Source: Candidatus Heimdallarchaeota archaeon (lineage in GTDB: Archaea; Asgardarchaeota; Wukongarchaeia; Wukongarchaeales; JBHIFL01). Taken from it: a stretch of DNA of 35,607 bases. Of this stretch, positions 18,432-26,315 are shown one piece after another; the stretch's first letter is position 1; the number at the start of each line of letters is the position of its first letter. The DNA is taken from the NCBI GenBank assembly GCA_046761065.1, contig JBHIFL010000046.1, positions 1 to 35,607 on the forward strand. The letters run 5' to 3'. The notes under the pieces are model-generated. The model did no database searches and was not told where the DNA came from. It saw only the letters and a program-made list of their open reading frames with translations. The translations under genes and the position numbers were made by a program.

Positions 18432-19309
18432 GAATCGCCTTCTTTCTTGGATGTGTTATGCCCCATCGCTATCCTGGGATAGAAGCCGCCATTAGACGGG
18501 TCTTACCGGAACTTGGTGTTGAGATCCTAGATATTGAGGGAGCGACTTGTTGCCCAGCCCCAGGCGTTTTCGGTAGTTTCCACAAACCGACTTGGTTAGC
18601 AATCGCCACCAGAAACCTAGTTTTGGTTGAAGAGATGGGTGTTAATGTTTTTACGGCCTGTAATGGCTGCTTTGGGACGCTCTATGAGGTCAACCATGAG
18701 CTTCGTCATGATCACAAACTTAGCCAAGAAGTCAATCAGATTCTGAAGGAAGAGATAGGTAAAGAGTATCATGGTGGCGTGGAGGTTAAGAATTTCATTT
18801 CCCTACTCAAAGATGATATTGGAATCGACAAGATATCCACCATTGTGTATCGGCAATTGACTGGAATTAAGACCGCAATTCACCTAGGATGCCACTGGTT
18901 ACGGCCGCTCCAGATTAAGCAACAAGGTAATCCAGAAGCTTTCAAGATCATTGATGAGGTTATTGAAGTAACGGGAGCTCAAGTTATCCACTATCAAGAT
19001 GAACTGAAATGTTGTGGTGCAGGTGGGGGGGTACGCGCTGCTGATAAGGAGTTATCCCTTAAGTTTACACTGGAAAAGCTCCGCAATATTGCGCAGACGC
19101 CAGCGAACTGTATCACCCAGTTTTGTCCCTTTTGCCATCTGCAATTTGACCTCGGCCAGCGTGAAATCAACGAAACCTTTGGGGAGATGTATAACTACCC
19201 CGTTCTCCATGTTGCCCAACTACTTGGACTTGCCATGGGGATGACCCTTGATGAAGTCGGTGCCACTCGCCACTTCACTCCTATCGATCCTGATGACCTC
19301 GGCCTGTAA
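18428..19309 (+). CDS. hdrB: Heterodisulfide reductase subunit B
   Basis: Two CCG domains: LGC...TCCPAPG...CNGC and GCH...CCGAGGG...CPFC; ATGA overlap with hdrC. Confidence 0.96.
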   Translation: MRIAFFLGCVMPHRYPGIEAAIRRVLPELGVEILDIEGATCCPAPGVFGSFHKPTWLAIATRNLVLVEEMGVNVFTACNGCFGTLYEVNHELRHDHKLSQEVNQILKEEIGKEYHGGVEVKNFISLLKDDIGIDKISTIVYRQLTGIKTAIHLGCHWLRPLQIKQQGNPEAFKIIDEVIEVTGAQVIHYQDELKCCGAGGGVRAADKELSLKFTLEKLRNIAQTPANCITQFCPFCHLQFDLGQREINETFGEMYNYPVLHVAQLLGLAMGMTLDEVGATRHFTPIDPDDLGL

Positions 19310-20516
19310 TAATTCGCTTCTTACTCGTTACGCGGATCCAGAGTTAACTCATCATTTGAGTAAACTCTTTGGAATTCCAAGATGTCATGAGATACTCATA
19401 GCTCTCCGAAAGGTTGTATCAAAATACTTTTTTCGCTTAACTGCCCCCCTTCGAAGCGATGCTCTTACGGATTATCAAAAAATCATCTACCAAACGTTGC
19501 TTGATAACGGTTGGGTAGCCACCAACCACCCTGCTCTCCCAGAAGCTTTCTTTGTTCAGACACGCGGCCCTTTTGACCTTTCTTCGTTTAATTTCCAACG
19601 AAAAGTAGTGGCGGACAAATATGCTGCGGAAAGTGTATTTCAGGGTTCTGATCTCTTTGTTCCTGGCGTCATTTCCGCCAGGGGGATCAAGAAGGGAGAA
19701 CAAGTCGGAATCGTCTCACCTCAAGAGGATCTTGTCGGGGTGGGGATAGCCACTTTGACACAACGACAAATCCATTCCTATACCCATGGTATTGCCGTAA
19801 AAGTCGTAAAGACTGTTTATGAAACGCCTAGTCTTCGACCCACCCAATGTTTCGAACAAGGCCTTGTCTATCCTCAAAGCCTTCCGGCCATCCTTGCGAC
19901 GCGAATCCTTGCTCCGAACCCGAAGACTGATAAGCTCATTGTTGATTTGTGTGCGGCACCAGGAGGGAAAACCAGCCACATTGCTCAATTAATGGATGGA
20001 AAGGGAAAAATCATTGCAGTTGATAATTCCCTAACACGTTTTCATGCCCTTGAACAGACTCTGACCCGCCTGCAAACCCAGAATGTAAAGACGGTTTATG
20101 GGGATGCTTTAAAACTTGTGACACAATTCACTTTCAGGGCTGACAAAATTCTTCTTGACCCCCCTTGCTCTGCTCTTGGAGTCCGTCCAAAGCTTTACGA
20201 AGAAAAAACGCTACAGGATGTGAAAAATTTATCAAAATATCAAATGTTACTAATTAAAGCAGCCTCAAAACTGTTGAAAAAGCATGGTATCCTGGTTTAT
20301 TCTACCTGCACGCTCACACCTGAGGAGAACGAAGTGGTGGTGAATTTTGCAATCAGGGAACTAGGTTTACGTATAGTTGCTCAAACTTATGGTTATGGAG
20401 CACCTGGCTTCGATTTAGACCATTTGGAGTTCATTCCTGAACATGTTCAACGCTTTTACCCAGATTTCCATGACACCCCAGGGTTTTTTATCGCAAAACT
20501 GCAGAAATATTCCTAA
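19293..20516 (+). CDS. RsmB/NOP2-family RNA m5C methyltransferase with PUA domain (NSUN6-like)
   Basis: PUA segment AAESVFQGSDLFVPGV, DLCAAPGGKT, LDPPCS, LVYSTCT, EENE, GFFIAKL. Start uncertain; ATG 19293 overlaps the hdrB end. Confidence 0.92.
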   Translation: MTSACNNSLLTRYADPELTHHLSKLFGIPRCHEILIALRKVVSKYFFRLTAPLRSDALTDYQKIIYQTLLDNGWVATNHPALPEAFFVQTRGPFDLSSFNFQRKVVADKYAAESVFQGSDLFVPGVISARGIKKGEQVGIVSPQEDLVGVGIATLTQRQIHSYTHGIAVKVVKTVYETPSLRPTQCFEQGLVYPQSLPAILATRILAPNPKTDKLIVDLCAAPGGKTSHIAQLMDGKGKIIAVDNSLTRFHALEQTLTRLQTQNVKTVYGDALKLVTQFTFRADKILLDPPCSALGVRPKLYEEKTLQDVKNLSKYQMLLIKAASKLLKKHGILVYSTCTLTPEENEVVVNFAIRELGLRIVAQTYGYGAPGFDLDHLEFIPEHVQRFYPDFHDTPGFFIAKLQKYS

Positions 20517-20626
20517 GATGTCTAATCCCGCAATTTTTAGTTTGGGGCTTAGAGGCGCCTCAATAAAATTTAAGTTCACTTGCACTAGAGTCGTTGTTAT
20601 TTTTAAAAATCTGGGAAGCTGCCAAG

Positions 20627-21415
20627 ATGCATAGCAAAGAACATATCACAAATCTCCTACAAGATCTGAAGATGGCAGAAACCATTGCAGACCGTCCTCA
20701 ACTGATTGATACGATCCATAAACTAGGCGACCTAAAAGAACACGCGAGAAAGGCTATTCCTCACTTACTTGCTCTTTTTACCCAGAATTATGAGACCCCA
20801 GCACTCCGAAATGCCCTTAAAACCGCATTCGAGAAAATTGGATTCGATATTACCCCCTATGAACGGTTCGAAAAACTCCGATTGCCTACTCGGCTTCTCC
20901 TGCTTTTTGGCCTGCTTCTTCTGAACGGAACCATATTTGGGTGGGGTTCCGCCAAGTATTATCCTTACGACTATGACTATATTTCCAAAATTGGGCCGCG
21001 GATCACAGAAGTGCTTTCTTCAGATCAAGTGATTCTAACCAAAGGGAATTACTATTGGATGTTAGTCATTTTTCTGGTTGCTGCCCTTTTTTGTTTGTTC
21101 TATTTAGCTTATCTTCTATACCTCTTTCGCCCGCTTTCTTCTTTTCCAATTACAAACTTTTGGACACCTGTTGGTCTAATCTTTCCCTTATTCTTCCTCC
21201 TTGTTGGGATCTTCTCAGCTAAACAAACCCCAGAAAGTTGGATTCTATTTCCATCTAAACCTTCATTTTATCAACTCATGACTTTAGGTTTACTTTCCTC
21301 CCTTTGGTGCTTCCTTGTTAATCTCCAATTCACCACCTTTGTGAACGGTTTTTTACGGGGAACGCTCATATACACCCAAAGTCACCAGAATTCAGTTGCC
21401 TCCCCTCCTAAGTGA
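20627..21415 (+). CDS. Hypothetical membrane protein with N-terminal HEAT-like helices and about 4 TM segments
   Basis: IHKLGDLKEHARKAIPHLLALF...LRNALKTAFEKIG followed by four hydrophobic stretches; stop overlaps the next start. Confidence 0.7.
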   Translation: MHSKEHITNLLQDLKMAETIADRPQLIDTIHKLGDLKEHARKAIPHLLALFTQNYETPALRNALKTAFEKIGFDITPYERFEKLRLPTRLLLLFGLLLLNGTIFGWGSAKYYPYDYDYISKIGPRITEVLSSDQVILTKGNYYWMLVIFLVAALFCLFYLAYLLYLFRPLSSFPITNFWTPVGLIFPLFFLLVGIFSAKQTPESWILFPSKPSFYQLMTLGLLSSLWCFLVNLQFTTFVNGFLRGTLIYTQSHQNSVASPPK

Positions 21416-22308
21416 CTCATGTGTTGGAAACCTCCATGCCCTCTTTCACAATCGCAATTCCTGACTCAGTGTTAAGAGACGCGGCAGATCTCCGTGCCAA
21501 AACGGTTAAGGTAGGGGAACTTGCAAGAGCAGCGGCGGTTCATCGCGTGACCGAACTAATAATCTACCAGGATCCGACGGAAAAAGTCCCCTCCTCAGAA
21601 AAAACCCTACTGCTAACATTGCTTCGCTATATCGAAACGCCTCAATACCTTCGTAAAGCTCTCTTTCCTTTGCAAAAGGAACTTCGCTTTGCGGGCTTAC
21701 TTCCCCCACTTGCTACCCCTCATCATCCCATAACTTCCCAATTGGCCCATTTTCACGATAATGAAGTCCGAGAAGGAGTAATTGTTAAAAAACTCAAGCA
21801 TCACATTCATGTCGATGTCGGTGCCGAGGTACCAATCCCTCTCCTAGACGCTCAGCACCTTCATCTCGGCGAACGTGTGACCGTTATTGTGGATAAGGCG
21901 ACTCAAACCGCCCGGTTGATGAGTCGTGCAGATATTACCGAATACTGGGGATTCCTTATCGTTTCCCTAAGCAGGAGTCTTGGCACTTATTTAAAGCAAT
22001 TACCCCCTCAATCCGGAGAAATACGGATTGCGACATCACGAACAGGTACTTCTTTTACTGACATCCAATCTACGTTAGTCCCACGGCTCAACCGCGCGAC
22101 AAAGATTTTAATTGCCTTCGGTTCGCCAAAACAGGGTATCTCAGCAATGCTCACTCAGGAGGGAATTAAATTATTTGAAGTTTTTGATTTCTGTTTGAAT
22201 ATGCTTCCTTGGGGCCAAGGAACCCGAACGGTACGTGTTGAAGAAGCCATTCATATTAGTCTTAGCCTTATCTGGTCTCTTTTGATCCAAGTAGAGGATA
22301 TTTCTTGA
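21412..22308 (+). CDS. SPOUT-class RNA methyltransferase (DUF171/SPOUT1-like)
   Basis: IAIPDS, YIETPQYLRK, GLLPPLATPHH, YWGF, FGSP, QGTRTVRVEEA; typical position upstream of archaeal rpl3. Confidence 0.92.
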   Translation: MTHVLETSMPSFTIAIPDSVLRDAADLRAKTVKVGELARAAAVHRVTELIIYQDPTEKVPSSEKTLLLTLLRYIETPQYLRKALFPLQKELRFAGLLPPLATPHHPITSQLAHFHDNEVREGVIVKKLKHHIHVDVGAEVPIPLLDAQHLHLGERVTVIVDKATQTARLMSRADITEYWGFLIVSLSRSLGTYLKQLPPQSGEIRIATSRTGTSFTDIQSTLVPRLNRATKILIAFGSPKQGISAMLTQEGIKLFEVFDFCLNMLPWGQGTRTVRVEEAIHISLSLIWSLLIQVEDIS

Positions 22309-22420
22309 TTGTTGCCTCACCCTTGCCTTAAACTTCCACCTCTTAAAGATGTAACAATGACCCCTCTTATAGAATCCCCCGAACTCTAATTATATCACTC
22401 CTAATTGGGCGTATGAGTAT

Positions 22421-22435
22421 CGAAAGATTTTATAG
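22421..22435 (+). promoter_or_regulatory. BRE-TATA promoter of the ribosomal protein cluster
   Basis: CGAAAGA-TTTTATAG about 140 nt upstream of rpl3. Confidence 0.55.
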
Positions 22436-22501
22436 GTTTATGTAATTTCTCTACTTTCATTAATACAATATTTTAAGTTATCCGCTTCATAATATAAGAC
22501 C

Positions 22502-22546
22502 ATGATGACGTGGGAGTTGATATTTACCGGCTTCACACGGATTTTG
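22502..22546 (+). ncRNA. Candidate structured ribosomal-protein leader (hairpin with K-turn-like base)
   Basis: CGTG-GGAGTTG/CGGCTTC-A-CACG stem with G.U pairs, flanked by ATGATGA and GATT. Confidence 0.35.
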
Positions 22547-22570
22547 AGACCATAAAAGGAGTGAAACACT

Positions 22571-23575
22571 ATGGGTCATCGAAAAAAACACGCACCAAAA
22601 AGAGGTTCCTTGGCCTACTCCCCAAGGAAACGTGCGAAGCGGCAAAGCGGCCGCATCAGGTATTGGCCCCCTTATGAAGGTCCACCCAAGTTCCTGGGTT
22701 TCGCAGGTTACAAAGCAGGGATGAGCAATGTCATCACTATCGAAGATCGTCCCCGTAGTCTGCTCTATGGACAAGAAAAAGCCATCCCGATCACTATTCT
22801 AGATTGTCCTCCACTGATCGGGATCGGAATATATCTTTTCAAAAGCCACTCCAAGGGACGGCAGGCTATTGGAGGAGTCCTAGCTGAAACCCTTTCGGAC
22901 TCTTTGGCGCGTGTATTTCCCCTCCCTAAAGATTATGACTTCAATGCCGCCCGCGATCAGATCCAAGCCCATCTTGACCAAGCTTGTGAGGTTCGCATGC
23001 TCACACAAACTCAACCACACCTTGCGGGATTCCCCAAAAAAATACCAGAGATTATTGATATTAAGATCGGCGCGACCATAGCCTCCGACGCGTTTGATTT
23101 CGCCTTGACATATTTGGGACAGGAAATCCCCCTTAATACTGTATTCCGTATCGGGCAATATATTGATACGATCGGTGTCACTAAAGGTAAAGGATTCCAA
23201 GGACCCGTTAAAAAATGGGGCATCCGGATTCGCCACCATAAAAGCCGGAAAGCCACACGAGCTGTTGGCGCCTTGGGCGCTTGGCATCCTGCCCGTACCA
23301 TGTATACTGTTCCCCGCGCAGGCCAAATGGGCTATCACCATCGAACTGAGTTCAACAAACGCATCATGTTAATTGGAGACGATGGAGAAGCTGTGACCCC
23401 CGAAGGGGGCTTCATCCGGTATGGTCTTATTCGCGGCAGCTTCCTGATGCTTAAAGGCTCCGTCCCGGGGCCTGCAAAACGCCTTATCCGCCTTCGTCAG
23501 GCAGCTAGACCTCCTAAATACGAGGAAAAAGTTCCACAAATTGAGTATATTAGCCGACGATCCCAACAGGGTTAA
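22571..23575 (+). CDS. rpl3: 50S ribosomal protein uL3
   Basis: PKRGSLAYSPRKRA, AGYKAGM, TKGKGFQGPVKKWG, AGQMGYHHRTEFNKRI. Confidence 0.98.
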   Translation: MGHRKKHAPKRGSLAYSPRKRAKRQSGRIRYWPPYEGPPKFLGFAGYKAGMSNVITIEDRPRSLLYGQEKAIPITILDCPPLIGIGIYLFKSHSKGRQAIGGVLAETLSDSLARVFPLPKDYDFNAARDQIQAHLDQACEVRMLTQTQPHLAGFPKKIPEIIDIKIGATIASDAFDFALTYLGQEIPLNTVFRIGQYIDTIGVTKGKGFQGPVKKWGIRIRHHKSRKATRAVGALGAWHPARTMYTVPRAGQMGYHHRTEFNKRIMLIGDDGEAVTPEGGFIRYGLIRGSFLMLKGSVPGPAKRLIRLRQAARPPKYEEKVPQIEYISRRSQQG

Positions 23576-23600
23576 TCACTTAGAGGAGTTAGAAACAACA

Positions 23601-24377
23601 ATGGACCTAGAAATCTATTCGATCGAGGGGCAACCTGTCAGAACCACTACCCTCCCCCCGGTCTTTTCCACTCCGTTTCGCCCAGATCTCATTAAACGCG
23701 CTGTACTTGCACAACAAACTCACACTTTACAGCCGTATGGCCCTAGCCCCTTGGCCGGCATGAAAACCTCCGCTGAATCCCAAGGTGTTGGTCGAGGAAT
23801 CGCAAGGGTGCCACGAGTCAAAGGACACGGCTCCCCCTCCGCCTCGCGAGGCGCTCGCGCCCCGTTCACTGTCGGAGGCCGAGCAAGTCACCCTCCAACC
23901 CCTGCTAAAAGGATACACGAAAAGATTAATCGCACCGAACGTCGTCTTGCAATCAATTCGGCGATTGCCGCGACAACTAACCCTATTCTTGTTATTGCCC
24001 GAGGACATGCAGTTATGGATGCCGTGAATCTTCCAATCATCGTGGAAAACCAAATGGAGACCCTATCAACTACTCGCGACGTGGCTACCGCTCTACAGCA
24101 CCTTGGGGCTTGGCCAGATGTTCAACGTGCAAAGGGGGGAAAAAAAATCCGTGCTGGAAAAGGTAAACGCCGCGGCCGCAAATATAAACGCCCCAAAGGT
24201 CCCCTCTTAGTTATCAACGAAGATCGGGGTATCATTCGGGGAGCCACGAATCTCCCTGGCCTTGATGTCATTCGGGTGGCGCATCTTAATGCGAATGTCC
24301 TCGCACCAGGTACAGTACCGGGGCGTTTCACCATCTGGATAGAATCAGCCGTTAAAGCTCTTGAGCCGCCCTCCTAA
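23601..24377 (+). CDS. rpl4: 50S ribosomal protein uL4
   Basis: RPDLIKRAV, TSAESQGVGRGIARVPR, IRAGKGKRRGRKY, LAPGTVPGR; GAGGAG SD before ATG 23601. Confidence 0.97.
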   Translation: MDLEIYSIEGQPVRTTTLPPVFSTPFRPDLIKRAVLAQQTHTLQPYGPSPLAGMKTSAESQGVGRGIARVPRVKGHGSPSASRGARAPFTVGGRASHPPTPAKRIHEKINRTERRLAINSAIAATTNPILVIARGHAVMDAVNLPIIVENQMETLSTTRDVATALQHLGAWPDVQRAKGGKKIRAGKGKRRGRKYKRPKGPLLVINEDRGIIRGATNLPGLDVIRVAHLNANVLAPGTVPGRFTIWIESAVKALEPPS

Positions 24378-24406
24378 ACTAAAATCTTTGAAAGAGTGCT
24401 CCTACC

Positions 24407-24670
24407 ATGTCAGAACCAGAAACCCTCATCATAAAACCAATGGTTTCTGAGAAATCCTTTGGGATGATTGAGGAAGAAAATAAGCTCGTCTTCTTGGTAA
24501 AACGTTTTGCCACTAAATCGATGGTTAAACAAGCTATTCAAGATTTATATGAAGTTAGAGTCGCCAAAGTCAATACGGTTATCATGCCCAACGGTCTGAA
24601 AAAAGCCTATGTACGATTTCATCCTGATGAAGATGCCATGGATCTTGCTGCTAAACTTGGCATATTTTAA
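24407..24670 (+). CDS. rpl23: 50S ribosomal protein uL23
   Basis: PMVSEKS, ENKLVFLV, VAKVNT, KKAYV, AAKLGIF. Confidence 0.97.
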   Translation: MSEPETLIIKPMVSEKSFGMIEEENKLVFLVKRFATKSMVKQAIQDLYEVRVAKVNTVIMPNGLKKAYVRFHPDEDAMDLAAKLGIF

Positions 24671-24740
24671 CGAACTTGAACTTGAATCGAATAACTCTAA
24701 CTTATCTCCCTTTATCTTCGTCATGAGGTAGGTAATTCCT

Positions 24741-25472
24741 ATGGGAAAGAAAATCTTAGTCCAACGGCGTGGAAGAGGTAGTTCACAGTTTCGAGCTGCG
24801 AGTCATAAACGGGTAGCTCGTGCTAAATACCGACGATACCCGGATCTTAGCCAATTGCCCTCGCTCACGAAAGCCACGATTGTGGATTTTATCCATGAAC
24901 CAGGGCGCAGTAGCCCACTTGCCATGTTGAAGTATGAAGACGACACGATCATCTACCTTCCTGCAGTAGAAGGCACATATGTAGGTCAGGTTATTGAAGA
25001 GGGCATAGATGCGCCTATTAAACTTGGTAATATCTTACCACTTGCTCAAATCCCAGATGGTATGCCCGTTTGCAATGTCGAACGCCGAGCGGGAGACGGC
25101 GGCGCGATTTCACGGTCCTCCGGTACCTTCGCCACATTGGTTAGCCACTCTGAAACCCAAATCAACCTCCAGACGCCTAGTAAAGAATTTCGGCAAATGA
25201 ACCCAGCTAACCGTGCCACTATCGGAATTGTGGCAGGTGGAGGCCGTACAGAGAAACCATTTCTCAAAGCAGGAAACCGCTACCACTTAAAAAAAGCGAA
25301 GGGTCATACTTATCCACGAGTGCGGGGAGTAGCAATGAGTGCCTATGCTCACCCCTTTGGAGGCGGCTCCCATCAGGGCCCTCATAAACCCAAAACGGTC
25401 TCACGTCACGCTCCACCGGGTCGTAAAGTCGGACAGATTGCTGCCAAACGCACAGGAGTCCGAAAAGGTTGA
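24741..25472 (+). CDS. rpl2: 50S ribosomal protein uL2
   Basis: MGKKILVQRRGRG, HEPGR, GGGRTEKP, PRVRGVAM, HPFGGG, PPGRKVG. Confidence 0.98.
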   Translation: MGKKILVQRRGRGSSQFRAASHKRVARAKYRRYPDLSQLPSLTKATIVDFIHEPGRSSPLAMLKYEDDTIIYLPAVEGTYVGQVIEEGIDAPIKLGNILPLAQIPDGMPVCNVERRAGDGGAISRSSGTFATLVSHSETQINLQTPSKEFRQMNPANRATIGIVAGGGRTEKPFLKAGNRYHLKKAKGHTYPRVRGVAMSAYAHPFGGGSHQGPHKPKTVSRHAPPGRKVGQIAAKRTGVRKG

Positions 25473-25596
25473 GTAACGCATCTACTCAAATCTTCTAATT
25501 CGCCTTCAACGCCCATAATATCAAATATACCTCCTTACTCCCACCTGGATAAATATCAATAAACTAAACCTTTGATCTTGAGTAATGGAGACGATT

Positions 25597-26043
25597 ATGA
25601 TGTCTAAACGCATTAGAAAAAAGTCCCGAAAACAACGGGGAAGCCGTTCCATGGGCTACGGCCGAGTTAGCGGCGGCCATCGGAAAAGTGGCCAACGCGG
25701 GGGGAAAGGGCGGGCTGGCACCTACAAACACCACACGTTACTCCGAATTAAGGAGGGGTTTGCCCAGCAAAAGCGAGGGTTCCTTAGACATGGTGCCACT
25801 CCACGAGAGGTACGGACTGCGAATCTCTACGAATTGGATGAAAAAATTGATCACCTACTTGCGACAGGAAAACTTAGTAAAGAAGGCGATAAAGTGAAAG
25901 TCAACGCTGAAACCCTAGGAATCGATAAACTCCTCGGTACTGGCCGTGTCACTCACCCACTACAGGTAACGGTACGCCAAATTACGCCAAAAGCTCGAAC
26001 CAAGATCGAAGCTGCAGGGGGGGTAGTTTTCCCCTTAGAATAA
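25597..26043 (+). CDS. rpl15: 50S ribosomal protein uL15
   Basis: RKQRGSRSMGYG, HRKSGQRGGKGRAG, KLLGTG, KIEAAGG; start 25597 or 25600 (ORF track 25585). Confidence 0.95.
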   Translation: MMSKRIRKKSRKQRGSRSMGYGRVSGGHRKSGQRGGKGRAGTYKHHTLLRIKEGFAQQKRGFLRHGATPREVRTANLYELDEKIDHLLATGKLSKEGDKVKVNAETLGIDKLLGTGRVTHPLQVTVRQITPKARTKIEAAGGVVFPLE

Positions 26044-26315
26044 CACTGTATACCTTACTCATTACCCCTTCTTACCTATTTTTCCCACTATTAACCCAAC
26101 TAAAATACTTAAGTACGTGATAGCCGGTGTTTAGGCCGATTCTGACTTTGATTAGCCATAAAGATCCATTTCACTATATATAATGGTAAATTTCTTCATC
26201 ATCCCAGATCTTTGTCTTTTAGCTGAAAGAAGTCTTCTAGATTAGCTCTCCCCTTCAGTTTTTGGATACTGATACAATTGAAATAGCCAAACGTCTATCA
26301 TTATTTCTTTGGATC

